Positions 47,531 to 56,765 of a stretch of 61,688 nucleotides of DNA are shown here, one piece after another. The notes beneath the pieces are model-generated. The model was not told the DNA's origin. It saw only the letters and a program-made list of their open reading frames with translations, and ran no database searches. Position 1 is the first letter of the stretch. Every line of letters starts with the position of its first letter. Source of the stretch: a virus; the IMG/VR virus record IMGVR_UViG_3300035541_000081, positions 1-61,688 of that record. One strand, given 5' to 3'. Position numbers and translations under genes: made by a program.

Positions 47531-49429
47531 TTAAACTAAAAATAATTTTGGAACTCTAATATGATCTTCACCACCAAGCCAGGTAAAATTGGTATTCATA
47601 TATTCAAGTATATCTGTAGTATCTACTTGGGCAAACCCTGGCCATTTATTTTGAATATCTCCAAAATTAACTACAAACCATATAAAAGGTTTTCCAGAAT
47701 AAGTACCTGTAGCAACACCAATACCTATTTCAGTAAAATCTTCACTAATCATATTTACCCAATGTATAGGAGAATTTTCCCATTCAGTCATCGTAACATC
47801 AACTACATCATCTTCATCAAGATCTACATTATTAGCATTTTCACCTGTATAATAATAATCATTAACCCAAAGAAAATAATCAGTATCTTGTATACGTTCT
47901 TCCCAAGTAGATCCATCAGAACCTATATGACCTGTCATACTATTTAAAGCTAAATCCTCTGCATGACGTTGAGCTGCTTCTGTTAAATGAATATTAGAAC
48001 TAAATTTATCTAATCCTTCACGTTCTCTAATTTCATTATGAGCATTAAATACAGCTAAAGCATATCCTTCTAAACTTCCAACTGGATGTTTATAAAGTCT
48101 AAATATTTGAGAATAATTTCCAGAAAGTGCTCCATGATATTTCTGGTCTTCAGTTAAACTGTCATTACTATAACCCCAAGCTATGGCACAAAAATCATAA
48201 ACTATTGCTCCATTATTATTTTCAGCTAACCCAAAAGAACAAAAAGGAACTGTTGCTGCAACACAAACATCACCTAAACCGTCAGGATTTTCTTCAATAA
48301 CTCCATAACAATCATTATCCCAAGTATTATAAAGAATATCTGTATAAGCATCTAAATCAGTTTGTGTAGCTACAATATTGCTTCCTTCATAAGTATGTAT
48401 GTTTGTACCAAATACTGAAGCAAACCAAAAAAAGTTTCTTACATATGAAGCTGGTTCATCTGCAGGATCTGGAACAGGAAGACCGCATCTAAGTGCTTTA
48501 ATCTCATCAGGAACACTTGATGGGATATATTGACCATATTTTTCAATTATTCCAGCTGATTCTTGATCTTCTTCTTTATCTGTTTCATGATTAGTATATT
48601 CAATATAAGGAGTCATCCATTCTGCAAAAGGAGTATCAATACCTTCAGGTTGATACAAAGTAATTTGCGGGGCAGTTACTGAAGCATTAGAGTAATCAAA
48701 AGCAGGATCAAATCCAGGAATAATTCCAGTGTAATACACAGGATGATGAATATCACTTACTTTAGTATTTTCTTCGTTAACACAATCAGATAACTCTTTT
48801 TTATTATAATCAATTTGATTGTATTCTGGCCAAACAGAAACAGTAGCATTCCATTCATCAACATTAGCATAACCATTATAACTCTCACAATTAATAGTGT
48901 CTAATGGATCTGCTTTCCACCAACTTTCATAATAACTTCCAGAAGGTTCAAGTTCAATTAGATTTATTTCATCATTACTGGAAGAAACTAAATTAAAATT
49001 ATCTGTTCGTTTGATATAATTTAAAACAAAATTTTTTACATTAGATAAAGTATCAACAACCATTGGATTTCCATCTTCGTCAGTAAGAATTGTATTATCA
49101 ATTAAACTCCAAGCAAAGGCTTCTTGTTCTGATTGTGTTGAAACAATTAAAATATAATCAATTAAAGATTCGAGTTTATCTTCACTAACTATTGGCCTTA
49201 CCCAAATCTTGCATTCTTGATAATTAAAACACTTAATACATTCAATATAAGTATTTTCATTTAACCAAAGCCTTCTCACACCTTGAGATAAATTTTGAAA
49301 ACTCATTTGATTTTTTAAAATCTCAAGTTGGCTTTTAGCGGGACCAATAAAACCTTTTGCAGCTTTTTTATTTCCACCAATTAAAATTTTTGTTGGATTA
49401 ATTCTTATCAAATCCATGACTCCGAACAA
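47531..49429 (-). CDS. tail-module protein with a C-terminal CAP/SCP (PR-1, YkwD-like) domain
   Basis: FNAHNEIREREGLDKF...AAQRHAEDLALNSMTGHIGSDGSTWEERI...GENA...WENSPIHWVNMISEDFTEIGIGVA (about 47660-48067). Start ambiguous (overlaps the upstream gene by 32 nt). Confidence 0.7.
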   Translation of the reverse strand: MFGVMDLIRINPTKILIGGNKKAAKGFIGPAKSQLEILKNQMSFQNLSQGVRRLWLNENTYIECIKCFNYQECKIWVRPIVSEDKLESLIDYILIVSTQSEQEAFAWSLIDNTILTDEDGNPMVVDTLSNVKNFVLNYIKRTDNFNLVSSSNDEINLIELEPSGSYYESWWKADPLDTINCESYNGYANVDEWNATVSVWPEYNQIDYNKKELSDCVNEENTKVSDIHHPVYYTGIIPGFDPAFDYSNASVTAPQITLYQPEGIDTPFAEWMTPYIEYTNHETDKEEDQESAGIIEKYGQYIPSSVPDEIKALRCGLPVPDPADEPASYVRNFFWFASVFGTNIHTYEGSNIVATQTDLDAYTDILYNTWDNDCYGVIEENPDGLGDVCVAATVPFCSFGLAENNNGAIVYDFCAIAWGYSNDSLTEDQKYHGALSGNYSQIFRLYKHPVGSLEGYALAVFNAHNEIREREGLDKFSSNIHLTEAAQRHAEDLALNSMTGHIGSDGSTWEERIQDTDYFLWVNDYYYTGENANNVDLDEDDVVDVTMTEWENSPIHWVNMISEDFTEIGIGVATGTYSGKPFIWFVVNFGDIQNKWPGFAQVDTTDILEYMNTNFTWLGGEDHIRVPKLFLV

Positions 49430-49883
49430 TTGGTAATATTGAAATATTATCTATAGCAAAAACTGTTCCTGAACTATATATTTGTATAGTCCAGTATCTA
49501 CCTTTTAATGTTCTATTGATAATAAGTTTTCTTGCCTGTTGTCCTGTTGAAGTTGCTGATAAAGTATAAGATTCTTCTTTAGAAAGTTCTGTTGATATTT
49601 TTACTATAAGATCTCCATCAGCTTCATAACCAAAATAAAGTGCTCTGAATCTTTTTTGATTACTAATACCAAAATCTAATGTTTTAAGTTCAAAATAAGA
49701 AGTAATATTATTATATGTACCATCATTTGATGGAAACATATCTGTAGTTCCTTCCATAATAAATAAACCATCATTACCAGCACAAAAGAACTTATTTTTA
49801 AACTTACATAAAGAATCAAAATCAAAATTTAAGTATTGTGTAGTAGCATTTATTTTATTTACATTAGTATCAAAAATAATCAT
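49398..49883 (-). CDS. hypothetical tail-module protein
   Basis: 161-aa ORF in very AT-rich DNA, where long ORFs are unlikely by chance. Confidence 0.65.
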   Translation of the reverse strand: MIIFDTNVNKINATTQYLNFDFDSLCKFKNKFFCAGNDGLFIMEGTTDMFPSNDGTYNNITSYFELKTLDFGISNQKRFRALYFGYEADGDLIVKISTELSKEESYTLSATSTGQQARKLIINRTLKGRYWTIQIYSSGTVFAIDNISILPIVRSHGFDKN

Positions 49884-51025
49884 CTTATACGATTCCTAAC
49901 ATATATTAAAACATCTGATGTTATTTCTCCAGAAGTTATTACTATATCTAACGGTTCAAATTCAATATTTATATTTGCAGGATCAGTATTATTAGCAATT
50001 ATATTTAAAGTTAATATTCTTATAGAAGCTTCAATATTACTTGTATAACCTTGAATAACATTTCCAGTAAATAATAATTTTGGAAAAGAGTTAATTATAT
50101 TTCCAACAATACCTGTAGTAATATCCATTGCAACAAGTATTTTTGGAAATGTAATATCTAAATCACAAACACTATTTTGTTTTGCCTTTATATTAATATT
50201 GTATGCTGGAAAATTAAAAACTATATCTGCATTTATTTCTATTTCTGCTTGAGAGTTAAAACTTAATTTATTTAATGTTAAATCTAAATTACTACCACAA
50301 TAACTATTTAAATTTAATTCTGGAAATTTACAAACTAAATTTGAATCATGCCCAGAAGTACCAGAAATAGCTAAATCAAAAATTGGAAAATTAGGACTAA
50401 GAAAACCTCCAGAATAACTATTCATTTCAAAAGATGGAAATTCTATAATCATAGCAAAAATAGAAAATAAACCAATAGATATTGAGTTATTTCCTGAAAC
50501 TTCTAAATTAGCTTTTGATATTTCTAAAGATAATTCAGAACTAACATTACTTCCAGAAATATAACTTTTAGCTGCTGGAATATATAAGTATGTTGCAGAA
50601 TGTACATGAGCAATTAAGTTTAAATTATTTCCAGAAAAATATATTTCAGCAGGAGAAATAATCAATTCAACAGATAAATTTCCACTTATTGTTGGTGCTA
50701 TTCCATTAATAAATGTTTCTGCTTTTACACAAAAAACTTCATTACCTACTAAAATATTCCCACCACTTAATTCTAGCCGTGCTGCTGGAACAGTTAAAGT
50801 ATCTCCTAAATTAACATCAATAATAATTCCAGTAATATTCAAGCTTCCATTTGGTACTAATAACTCAACACTACCACCAGAAATTATTATTTCTTTTCCT
50901 GTAAGATTTATTTCTCCTGGAGTAATTTCAAGTTCTGTAATACTTACTGAAATAGTTGGAATTAAACCAAGTATATTTATTTCTGCCGGAGATATTTCAT
51001 TAAGTATAACAGTTGCATCACTCAT
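49880..51025 (-). CDS. solenoid-like repeat protein (about 19-20-aa units, [IF]Pxxx[LI]xxxG)
   Basis: ISPAEINILG, ITPGEINLTG, VPAARLELSG, ISPAEIYFSG, IPAAKSYISG, FPELNLNSYCG, FPKLLFTGN and others read from the translation. Confidence 0.65.
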   Translation of the reverse strand: MSDATVILNEISPAEINILGLIPTISVSITELEITPGEINLTGKEIIISGGSVELLVPNGSLNITGIIIDVNLGDTLTVPAARLELSGGNILVGNEVFCVKAETFINGIAPTISGNLSVELIISPAEIYFSGNNLNLIAHVHSATYLYIPAAKSYISGSNVSSELSLEISKANLEVSGNNSISIGLFSIFAMIIEFPSFEMNSYSGGFLSPNFPIFDLAISGTSGHDSNLVCKFPELNLNSYCGSNLDLTLNKLSFNSQAEIEINADIVFNFPAYNINIKAKQNSVCDLDITFPKILVAMDITTGIVGNIINSFPKLLFTGNVIQGYTSNIEASIRILTLNIIANNTDPANINIEFEPLDIVITSGEITSDVLIYVRNRIR

Positions 51026-51037
51026 ATTAATCTCCCA

Positions 51038-51367
51038 TTAACTTGAAGCTACATCAATATTTGACCATTCAATATCACCTAAAGAATTAATTTTATGTAG
51101 TCCAAGAGAATCTAAAACATAAACCATTCCATCATCACCAATAGTTATTGATACTATCCCAGAAAAAGAAGAATTACTCCAAAGATTTTCTCCAAGTGAA
51201 GAAAAAGCATAAATTGTATTTGCATCAATCTGAACTATACATCCTCCATTAGATGATACAGCAATATCTTTTTGGTCTGGCTGAGTAGTTATTTCTTGAA
51301 TTTTAGTCCAAAGAAGTTCTCCTGAAGAAGATATTTTATGTACTCTTGTATAATTCGTAGCAGTCAT
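51038..51367 (-). CDS. small beta-propeller-repeat-like protein
   Basis: Three G(E/D)xxWS/T motifs (SGELLWTK, GENLWSN, GDIEWSN) at about 40-aa spacing. Confidence 0.55.
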   Translation of the reverse strand: MTATNYTRVHKISSSGELLWTKIQEITTQPDQKDIAVSSNGGCIVQIDANTIYAFSSLGENLWSNSSFSGIVSITIGDDGMVYVLDSLGLHKINSLGDIEWSNIDVASS

Positions 51368-51369
51368 AA

Positions 51370-52731
51370 TTATCCACCTCCACCAAAAACACCAAACTCA
51401 AAAGTTAATTGCATTGCATTTATTCTATAACAAACATTAACTGGATCAGTCTGTTCTAAAATAACATAATGACCTGGGCCATAACATGTAAAAACCCAAC
51501 CATCAGTATCATAAGATAATCCACTACTATTAGACTCCCAATCAGTTGCAATATTTGTATTTACAGGCCCAATTGGAGATCCTCCAGAATCTCTTCCCCA
51601 AAGAACAATATCAGTAATTTTAACCTTAGTAAAAGGTTCCATATTAGTTAAATAAATATTACTACAATTACCAGATTCTGCCCAACTACTATTTTCAAGA
51701 GTTTGAACAGAATATAAAGAGCTAAATGTTTCTGGATAATAATAATTTCCACCGCATTCAGAGCCTGTTGGAAAAGCATCACAAGTAATAAGAGGAGTCG
51801 AATCTGTCCAAGCTTCAGTTACACAATAACAATTATTATTAGAATCAAAAGCAGCATTAACTATCTTTTCTCTCGATTTATCTTCATACTCCCAGTCATT
51901 AATTATTTTACGCCAATTTGTTATTCTATTATTATAATATGTAATAACAGCAAAATCATAGCCAGTAGTGGCTGTTGGATCTATACTTGATCCATGTATA
52001 AAAGAACCATTAGAATTAAATTTAAAAACTCCATAAGAAACAGAATCTTTGGGTCGTAATTTTCTATTGCTTTCTTCTGAATTATATAATCTTAAATAAT
52101 TATTACCTATTTCAGATGTAGATAATTCATAATCATCAAATATAAAAATTTTATCATTTAATCCTGTTCCAAATCCAGATATATTTCCAATATTATCTAT
52201 TTTTACTGGGGTATCATTTTCTAATTTATATACATCTCCAGAAGTATCATACCAAACAACAGTACCTAAAGCTGTTTTTTCAATCTTACTAACAGTATTA
52301 TTAGTAATAATTTCTTTTATTGTATTACCTTCAGAATCAATTTTAAAAATAGATGATCCTTTAGATGCATAAATAAAAACATCACCAATATTTTGATTTA
52401 TTTTTAATGGATTAAAAGTAAAAGATATTGGAATAATTTCTGGAGATTCATTAATAGTTACTGGGATATTAATATTAACAACATCAATAGAACTTGGATT
52501 TGATGCAATCCAATTATCTTCATCAGATTCAAAGTTTAAATCTCCTGTAGGTTGTCCAATTGTAATTTCTTCATCTAAATCACTACATACAGTATCTTTA
52601 TAAGCAGTAATATAATTATTATCTTCTGGAGGAGATAAACTAATAATTGTAACATTATTTTTATCCGATCCTAAAGCTAATGCATTAGGATCATATGGAT
52701 ATACAATTGTCCAAATATCTATACAAGACAT
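51370..52731 (-). CDS. hypothetical tail/adsorption-module protein
   Basis: 453-aa ORF in AT-rich DNA. Confidence 0.7.
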   Translation of the reverse strand: MSCIDIWTIVYPYDPNALALGSDKNNVTIISLSPPEDNNYITAYKDTVCSDLDEEITIGQPTGDLNFESDEDNWIASNPSSIDVVNINIPVTINESPEIIPISFTFNPLKINQNIGDVFIYASKGSSIFKIDSEGNTIKEIITNNTVSKIEKTALGTVVWYDTSGDVYKLENDTPVKIDNIGNISGFGTGLNDKIFIFDDYELSTSEIGNNYLRLYNSEESNRKLRPKDSVSYGVFKFNSNGSFIHGSSIDPTATTGYDFAVITYYNNRITNWRKIINDWEYEDKSREKIVNAAFDSNNNCYCVTEAWTDSTPLITCDAFPTGSECGGNYYYPETFSSLYSVQTLENSSWAESGNCSNIYLTNMEPFTKVKITDIVLWGRDSGGSPIGPVNTNIATDWESNSSGLSYDTDGWVFTCYGPGHYVILEQTDPVNVCYRINAMQLTFEFGVFGGGG

Positions 52732-52740
52732 TTAAAATCC

Positions 52741-53187
52741 TTACGTTGGATTTGCAGTAACTTCGAACAAACCACTGGATAAATTAAGCGTTAATGTTGT
52801 TCCATCTGTAGCAGTATAATTTGCTCCAAATTCAATACAACAAACAACAGTATCATTTGAATGAGTATCATTAATAATTGCACATGCTTTTGTAGCCTCA
52901 ATTGAGCCACCTGAAGCTGTCCAAGAAATATTATCTGCATTTAAAGTTATAACTCCTGCAGCTTGATCTAATGATACAGTGGTTAAAGTTTTAGTTTTTT
53001 GTGTATATCCATTACCAGTAGCAATTTCATTTGCATAAATATCTGAATAAGTACTATCTGAAGTAGGATCAAAAGTAGTATATGAAGTATCGAGTAAAAT
53101 AGCTACAAGACTATCATTAACAAGATCATGTTCACCTTTAGAATATTCTTCATTAAACTGATTACTTACTTTACATGTAATAGCCAT
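52741..53187 (-). CDS. hypothetical virion protein
   Basis: 148-aa ORF, T/S/N-rich and beta-rich. Confidence 0.65.
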   Translation of the reverse strand: MAITCKVSNQFNEEYSKGEHDLVNDSLVAILLDTSYTTFDPTSDSTYSDIYANEIATGNGYTQKTKTLTTVSLDQAAGVITLNADNISWTASGGSIEATKACAIINDTHSNDTVVCCIEFGANYTATDGTTLTLNLSSGLFEVTANPT

Positions 53188-53208
53188 AATATATTATCCT
53201 TATAAAAA

Positions 53209-53931
53209 TTAAGCTGCTGGAAATGTTAATGCTACTGAATCTACTGTAGTTGTTCCACCAACAGTAATTGTTGTATTACTGATATTAAGCTGACCTCCAC
53301 TTGTAGCTACACTTCCATCAAATCTTACAGCTGTAGTGCTTGCTCCAGTAGTATAATTATTATCATAAAATCTAAACCATCCAGCGGTTCCAGAAGCTAA
53401 TCCAACACCAGACCAAACCTCACCGGCTTCTTTACTCAAAACACCGGAAGAAACTTCACCAAAGTTCAAACCGTTAGTTGCGCTTCCTCCAGAGAACGCA
53501 CCACTGCTTAGAGTTATAGTACATAGTTTTGTACCAGTTTCTGCTGCGTCTGCATTTGCAGGTTGACTTCCAGAATAGATATCACAAATACAATTTTGAA
53601 AAATATCAGAAAAACTTCCCCCAGTAGCTCCAGCAAGAATAACTGTACCTCCAGCTGCCTCCGTAGATAAACTTCCAGCAGCGACTTCAATATATCCAGC
53701 CGCAACAGCAAGAATCTCATAAGATCCATCATTGCTGGATGTTCCAGAAACAGTTATTTTACCTCTGCGCACAAAGCCAGCTAAGCCATCGCCAGAATCA
53801 ATAATGCGATCACGGCTATCTGTGCCAGTACCTTCCTCAAAAGATATGGTTGTGCCTACCATTAAATTGTTTGCAGTTGCTTTTTCATCTAACAGAGCAT
53901 TCCGCAAACCTGTAGATAATCTTAACGCCAT
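53209..53931 (-). CDS. G/S/T/A-rich virion structural protein
   Basis: 240-aa ORF, 1-nt overlap with the upstream gene. Confidence 0.65.
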   Translation of the reverse strand: MALRLSTGLRNALLDEKATANNLMVGTTISFEEGTGTDSRDRIIDSGDGLAGFVRRGKITVSGTSSNDGSYEILAVAAGYIEVAAGSLSTEAAGGTVILAGATGGSFSDIFQNCICDIYSGSQPANADAAETGTKLCTITLSSGAFSGGSATNGLNFGEVSSGVLSKEAGEVWSGVGLASGTAGWFRFYDNNYTTGASTTAVRFDGSVATSGGQLNISNTTITVGGTTTVDSVALTFPAA

Positions 53932-54818
53932 TATTTCACTCCATGAATAAAGTTATATCCAACCAAACCACCGAAGCCTGTTCGAGCAGTTTCCGGATAA
54001 ATTATTTTTTTCTTATTTAAGTTTGTAATTCTACCATCAGGTAATCCCATAATCGCACCTTCTCGACTTGCCCATATGGCAACCTGGCCTGGTATCTCGA
54101 GACCAATATCTGCGCCACTCATATAATCTATTGCACACGTCCATTCAATAGCGGGGTAATTTGCAACTTTTCGTAATTGCCACTGTCCAGGATCACGACC
54201 GGTTAAAAAATATGTATTCTTTTCGGTTGATAAGAACAAACCACCATCCATTGATTTAACCATAATTATTTTTGTGTGGAACTGGACAAAAGAAGCAGCG
54301 AGATCATAGAGGCCAAAATTATATGGCTCACTCCAGAACAAAGCGTTCTCATTGGTTATGAGCATTCGTCCGAAGAACTCGGATAAGTGATGACCTGGAA
54401 TTGGACCACTGAAAGAACGATGTGTCTCTGGGCCAGCATAGTTTTCTTTTTCCCAATCAACATGTTGGCCCTGATAAATAATTCCTAATTCAAAGCCATT
54501 TGTATAATATGTACGATCACCGACTTGGGCATATGATATCCGATTATCTGATAGACCACTTCGAATACTTGAAAGCGATCCATCCGAGGCTACCTGATAA
54601 AGAATATTATCGCTAACAACAAAACAATCGCCACCATCACAGAATAGGCTGTGATAATTTCCTGACTGAAGCTGGGTTACACCACGACGAGATTGGACTC
54701 TACCTGATTGATCAATACTCACATTGACTGCGACTTGTAAATCTGTCGGCTCAATGCGAGTTGGATCGGCAACTATATTAAGCCCAGTTGATCCTGTGAA
54801 TATCGTAATGGGCTTCAA
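53931..54818 (-). CDS. hypothetical virion structural protein
   Basis: 295-aa ORF, ATGA-coupled. Confidence 0.65.
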   Translation of the reverse strand: MKPITIFTGSTGLNIVADPTRIEPTDLQVAVNVSIDQSGRVQSRRGVTQLQSGNYHSLFCDGGDCFVVSDNILYQVASDGSLSSIRSGLSDNRISYAQVGDRTYYTNGFELGIIYQGQHVDWEKENYAGPETHRSFSGPIPGHHLSEFFGRMLITNENALFWSEPYNFGLYDLAASFVQFHTKIIMVKSMDGGLFLSTEKNTYFLTGRDPGQWQLRKVANYPAIEWTCAIDYMSGADIGLEIPGQVAIWASREGAIMGLPDGRITNLNKKKIIYPETARTGFGGLVGYNFIHGVK

Positions 54819-55477
54819 AGCCTGTCCTCCAGGTCAATGATATACATTGGTTTTCCATCGTGCGGCACTAAAACATCCAAGTCCATCAAGCCCTCATGAA
54901 ACTGCCGAGTCCAGTATTCCGTATTGACTTTTCGGCCCTCAATCCCGTCCTCGATCAAATCAAATATCTGCATACACACATGCCCAACCAATATGGGTCG
55001 ATGAAGCGCTTCCGGGAGACACGTCGGTTCATCCGAGCTATTCACCATCGTGGTAGGATTCTTGTAATAATGCACCGTCAAGGTCTCTGCCGTTGCGGGA
55101 ATATCACGGTATAATAGCCTCGATCCATAGACAGCGGCCCTGTTGACGGCACCGGAGACCTGATCAGGGTTATCCCCTAAGAACTTGGTAAACGATTTTT
55201 CCAACGGGATGTTATCATTGACAGAATTCAGCACCTGCACCACATCTCGCTGATAATCGGTTGGCAGGTCACACATGGCAACACCGGCAACCGTGTCAAT
55301 GTCATCGTATGTGTACAGCTCCGGCAATGGCGGTGATATCTGATGCTTACCCGGCAACAGCACGCCCTTTGCCACGACCTGCAATGCACGGTTCAGCCTG
55401 TTCTGTATGTTGGCCGCATCCCATGTCGTATCCTGGACAACATCCATCACCTCGTTGACTAATTCTTCAAATGTCAT
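54815..55477 (-). CDS. hypothetical virion protein (head-tail connector position)
   Basis: ORF 54815..55489 (TTG). The ATG at 55477 with GAGGG upstream is the likelier start. Confidence 0.6.
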   Translation of the reverse strand: MTFEELVNEVMDVVQDTTWDAANIQNRLNRALQVVAKGVLLPGKHQISPPLPELYTYDDIDTVAGVAMCDLPTDYQRDVVQVLNSVNDNIPLEKSFTKFLGDNPDQVSGAVNRAAVYGSRLLYRDIPATAETLTVHYYKNPTTMVNSSDEPTCLPEALHRPILVGHVCMQIFDLIEDGIEGRKVNTEYWTRQFHEGLMDLDVLVPHDGKPMYIIDLEDRL

Positions 55478-56177
55478 TGTCCCTCTCAAACGTCACATAT
55501 GGGGGGTATAGTGGCTTTTCCATGTACTTTTTTGACGCCTGGTCGCCATTTGCAAACGCAAACCGGACCCAATTGGCCATGACATGGCGTCTCAGCTCTT
55601 TCCCCTGGTCGGCCTTTTTCCGGGTATCAATGAATAAATCATCCAGTCGCCTCTCAAGCGCCAACTGTTCAGGGGTCACGTTCCACTCCCGGGAATCACC
55701 AAACTTGTGTTCAAACTCCGTGCAACCTCTCTTAAGGAACGCCTCTATTCCTTCCGGTAATAATTTCCTGATATTTTCCAGGCAGCTCAACCCCTCCTCT
55801 TGGGAGTCATTGTATAGATACCCGCCGTAAAGCGCATTGACAGAGTACCGCTTTTCGATCCCGCATTTTGACGGCATATCCAGGGAACAAAGGATATCGT
55901 GAATGTGAAAAAGCTCTTCTATGGTCCGTGGCCGGATAACCACTTTCCAGCAATTGTGACAGCCGGATGGAATGATATTGTAATAATTGAACCAGACCTG
56001 ATGCCACAGCGAACAGTTTCGCCATGTGCATTGCCGTATGTGCACCCACGGCGTTTCGCTCACCATGCGCTGCTCTGATTCTATTCTGCCCGACGTGGTA
56101 AACCGAAACATGCCTCTTTCCAGCAACGGCCTGATGGGCTCTATGATGTCCTGTTCTATCAAATTTAAAACATCCAT
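55467..56177 (-). CDS. Cys/His/Trp-rich hypothetical protein inside the head module
   Basis: 236 aa with CTWRNCSLWHQVWFNYYNIIPSGCHNCWKV. Confidence 0.6.
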   Translation of the reverse strand: MDVLNLIEQDIIEPIRPLLERGMFRFTTSGRIESEQRMVSETPWVHIRQCTWRNCSLWHQVWFNYYNIIPSGCHNCWKVVIRPRTIEELFHIHDILCSLDMPSKCGIEKRYSVNALYGGYLYNDSQEEGLSCLENIRKLLPEGIEAFLKRGCTEFEHKFGDSREWNVTPEQLALERRLDDLFIDTRKKADQGKELRRHVMANWVRFAFANGDQASKKYMEKPLYPPYVTFERDNDI

Positions 56178-56290
56178 TAAGATTATCCTTGGGGCACCCG
56201 ATGATCCCTCCCCAAGGTCTCAAGACCTATGCGGGACCACCGGGCGAAATGGTTAAGGAGGCGGCGTTTTACCACCCACTTGAAATGCGA

Positions 56291-56677
56291 TTAAAGGCTT
56301 CTGGCATAGGGGTCAAGCTCCACGTCAACGATAAACGAGGACGCATCCGACCCGGCAGCCGTGGCCGCTGTAATTGTAATGGCGGCATCTTTGGCCAACA
56401 CGGTATTTCCTGCTGAAGATGAGGCCACAGGCGTGTAAGTGCCCACGGTTCCTGCTGCAATAGACCCCGAGGCATCGGCGGCAACGGAAACATTGCCAAT
56501 CGTCGTCGAGCCGTTGACCACGGTCATTGTGATAGCGGAAGACACGGACGTCACCGCCGCCTGAAGTGTCGGGCGAACATCGCGCACGGTACACCGATAA
56601 GGCGCGGCAAGGATCGCCACACCGTTTGCCGAATTTGTGCCAGTCACTGGTAACTGGAATCTTATATCCTGATCCAT
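56291..56677 (-). CDS. beta-rich small protein after the capsid gene (possible decoration protein)
   Basis: 128 aa, A/S/T/V/G-rich; assignment by position only. Confidence 0.5.
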   Translation of the reverse strand: MDQDIRFQLPVTGTNSANGVAILAAPYRCTVRDVRPTLQAAVTSVSSAITMTVVNGSTTIGNVSVAADASGSIAAGTVGTYTPVASSSAGNTVLAKDAAITITAATAAGSDASSFIVDVELDPYARSL

Positions 56678-56765
56678 TTTAGATCCTCTCTCTATTCTCT
56701 ATATTTTGTTAACCCGGCCCGAAGACCGGGCTTTTATTTATTGACACGGCCTGGCCGTTATCGAT

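Noticed and set aside
56721-56750. Hairpin cccgg-N7-ccggg followed by cttttatttatt, between the capsid gene and the next gene
   Set aside because: The U tract is on the plus strand while all flanking genes are on the minus strand, and the stem is only 5 bp. At most it is an RNA-stability element, so it is not reported as a terminator.
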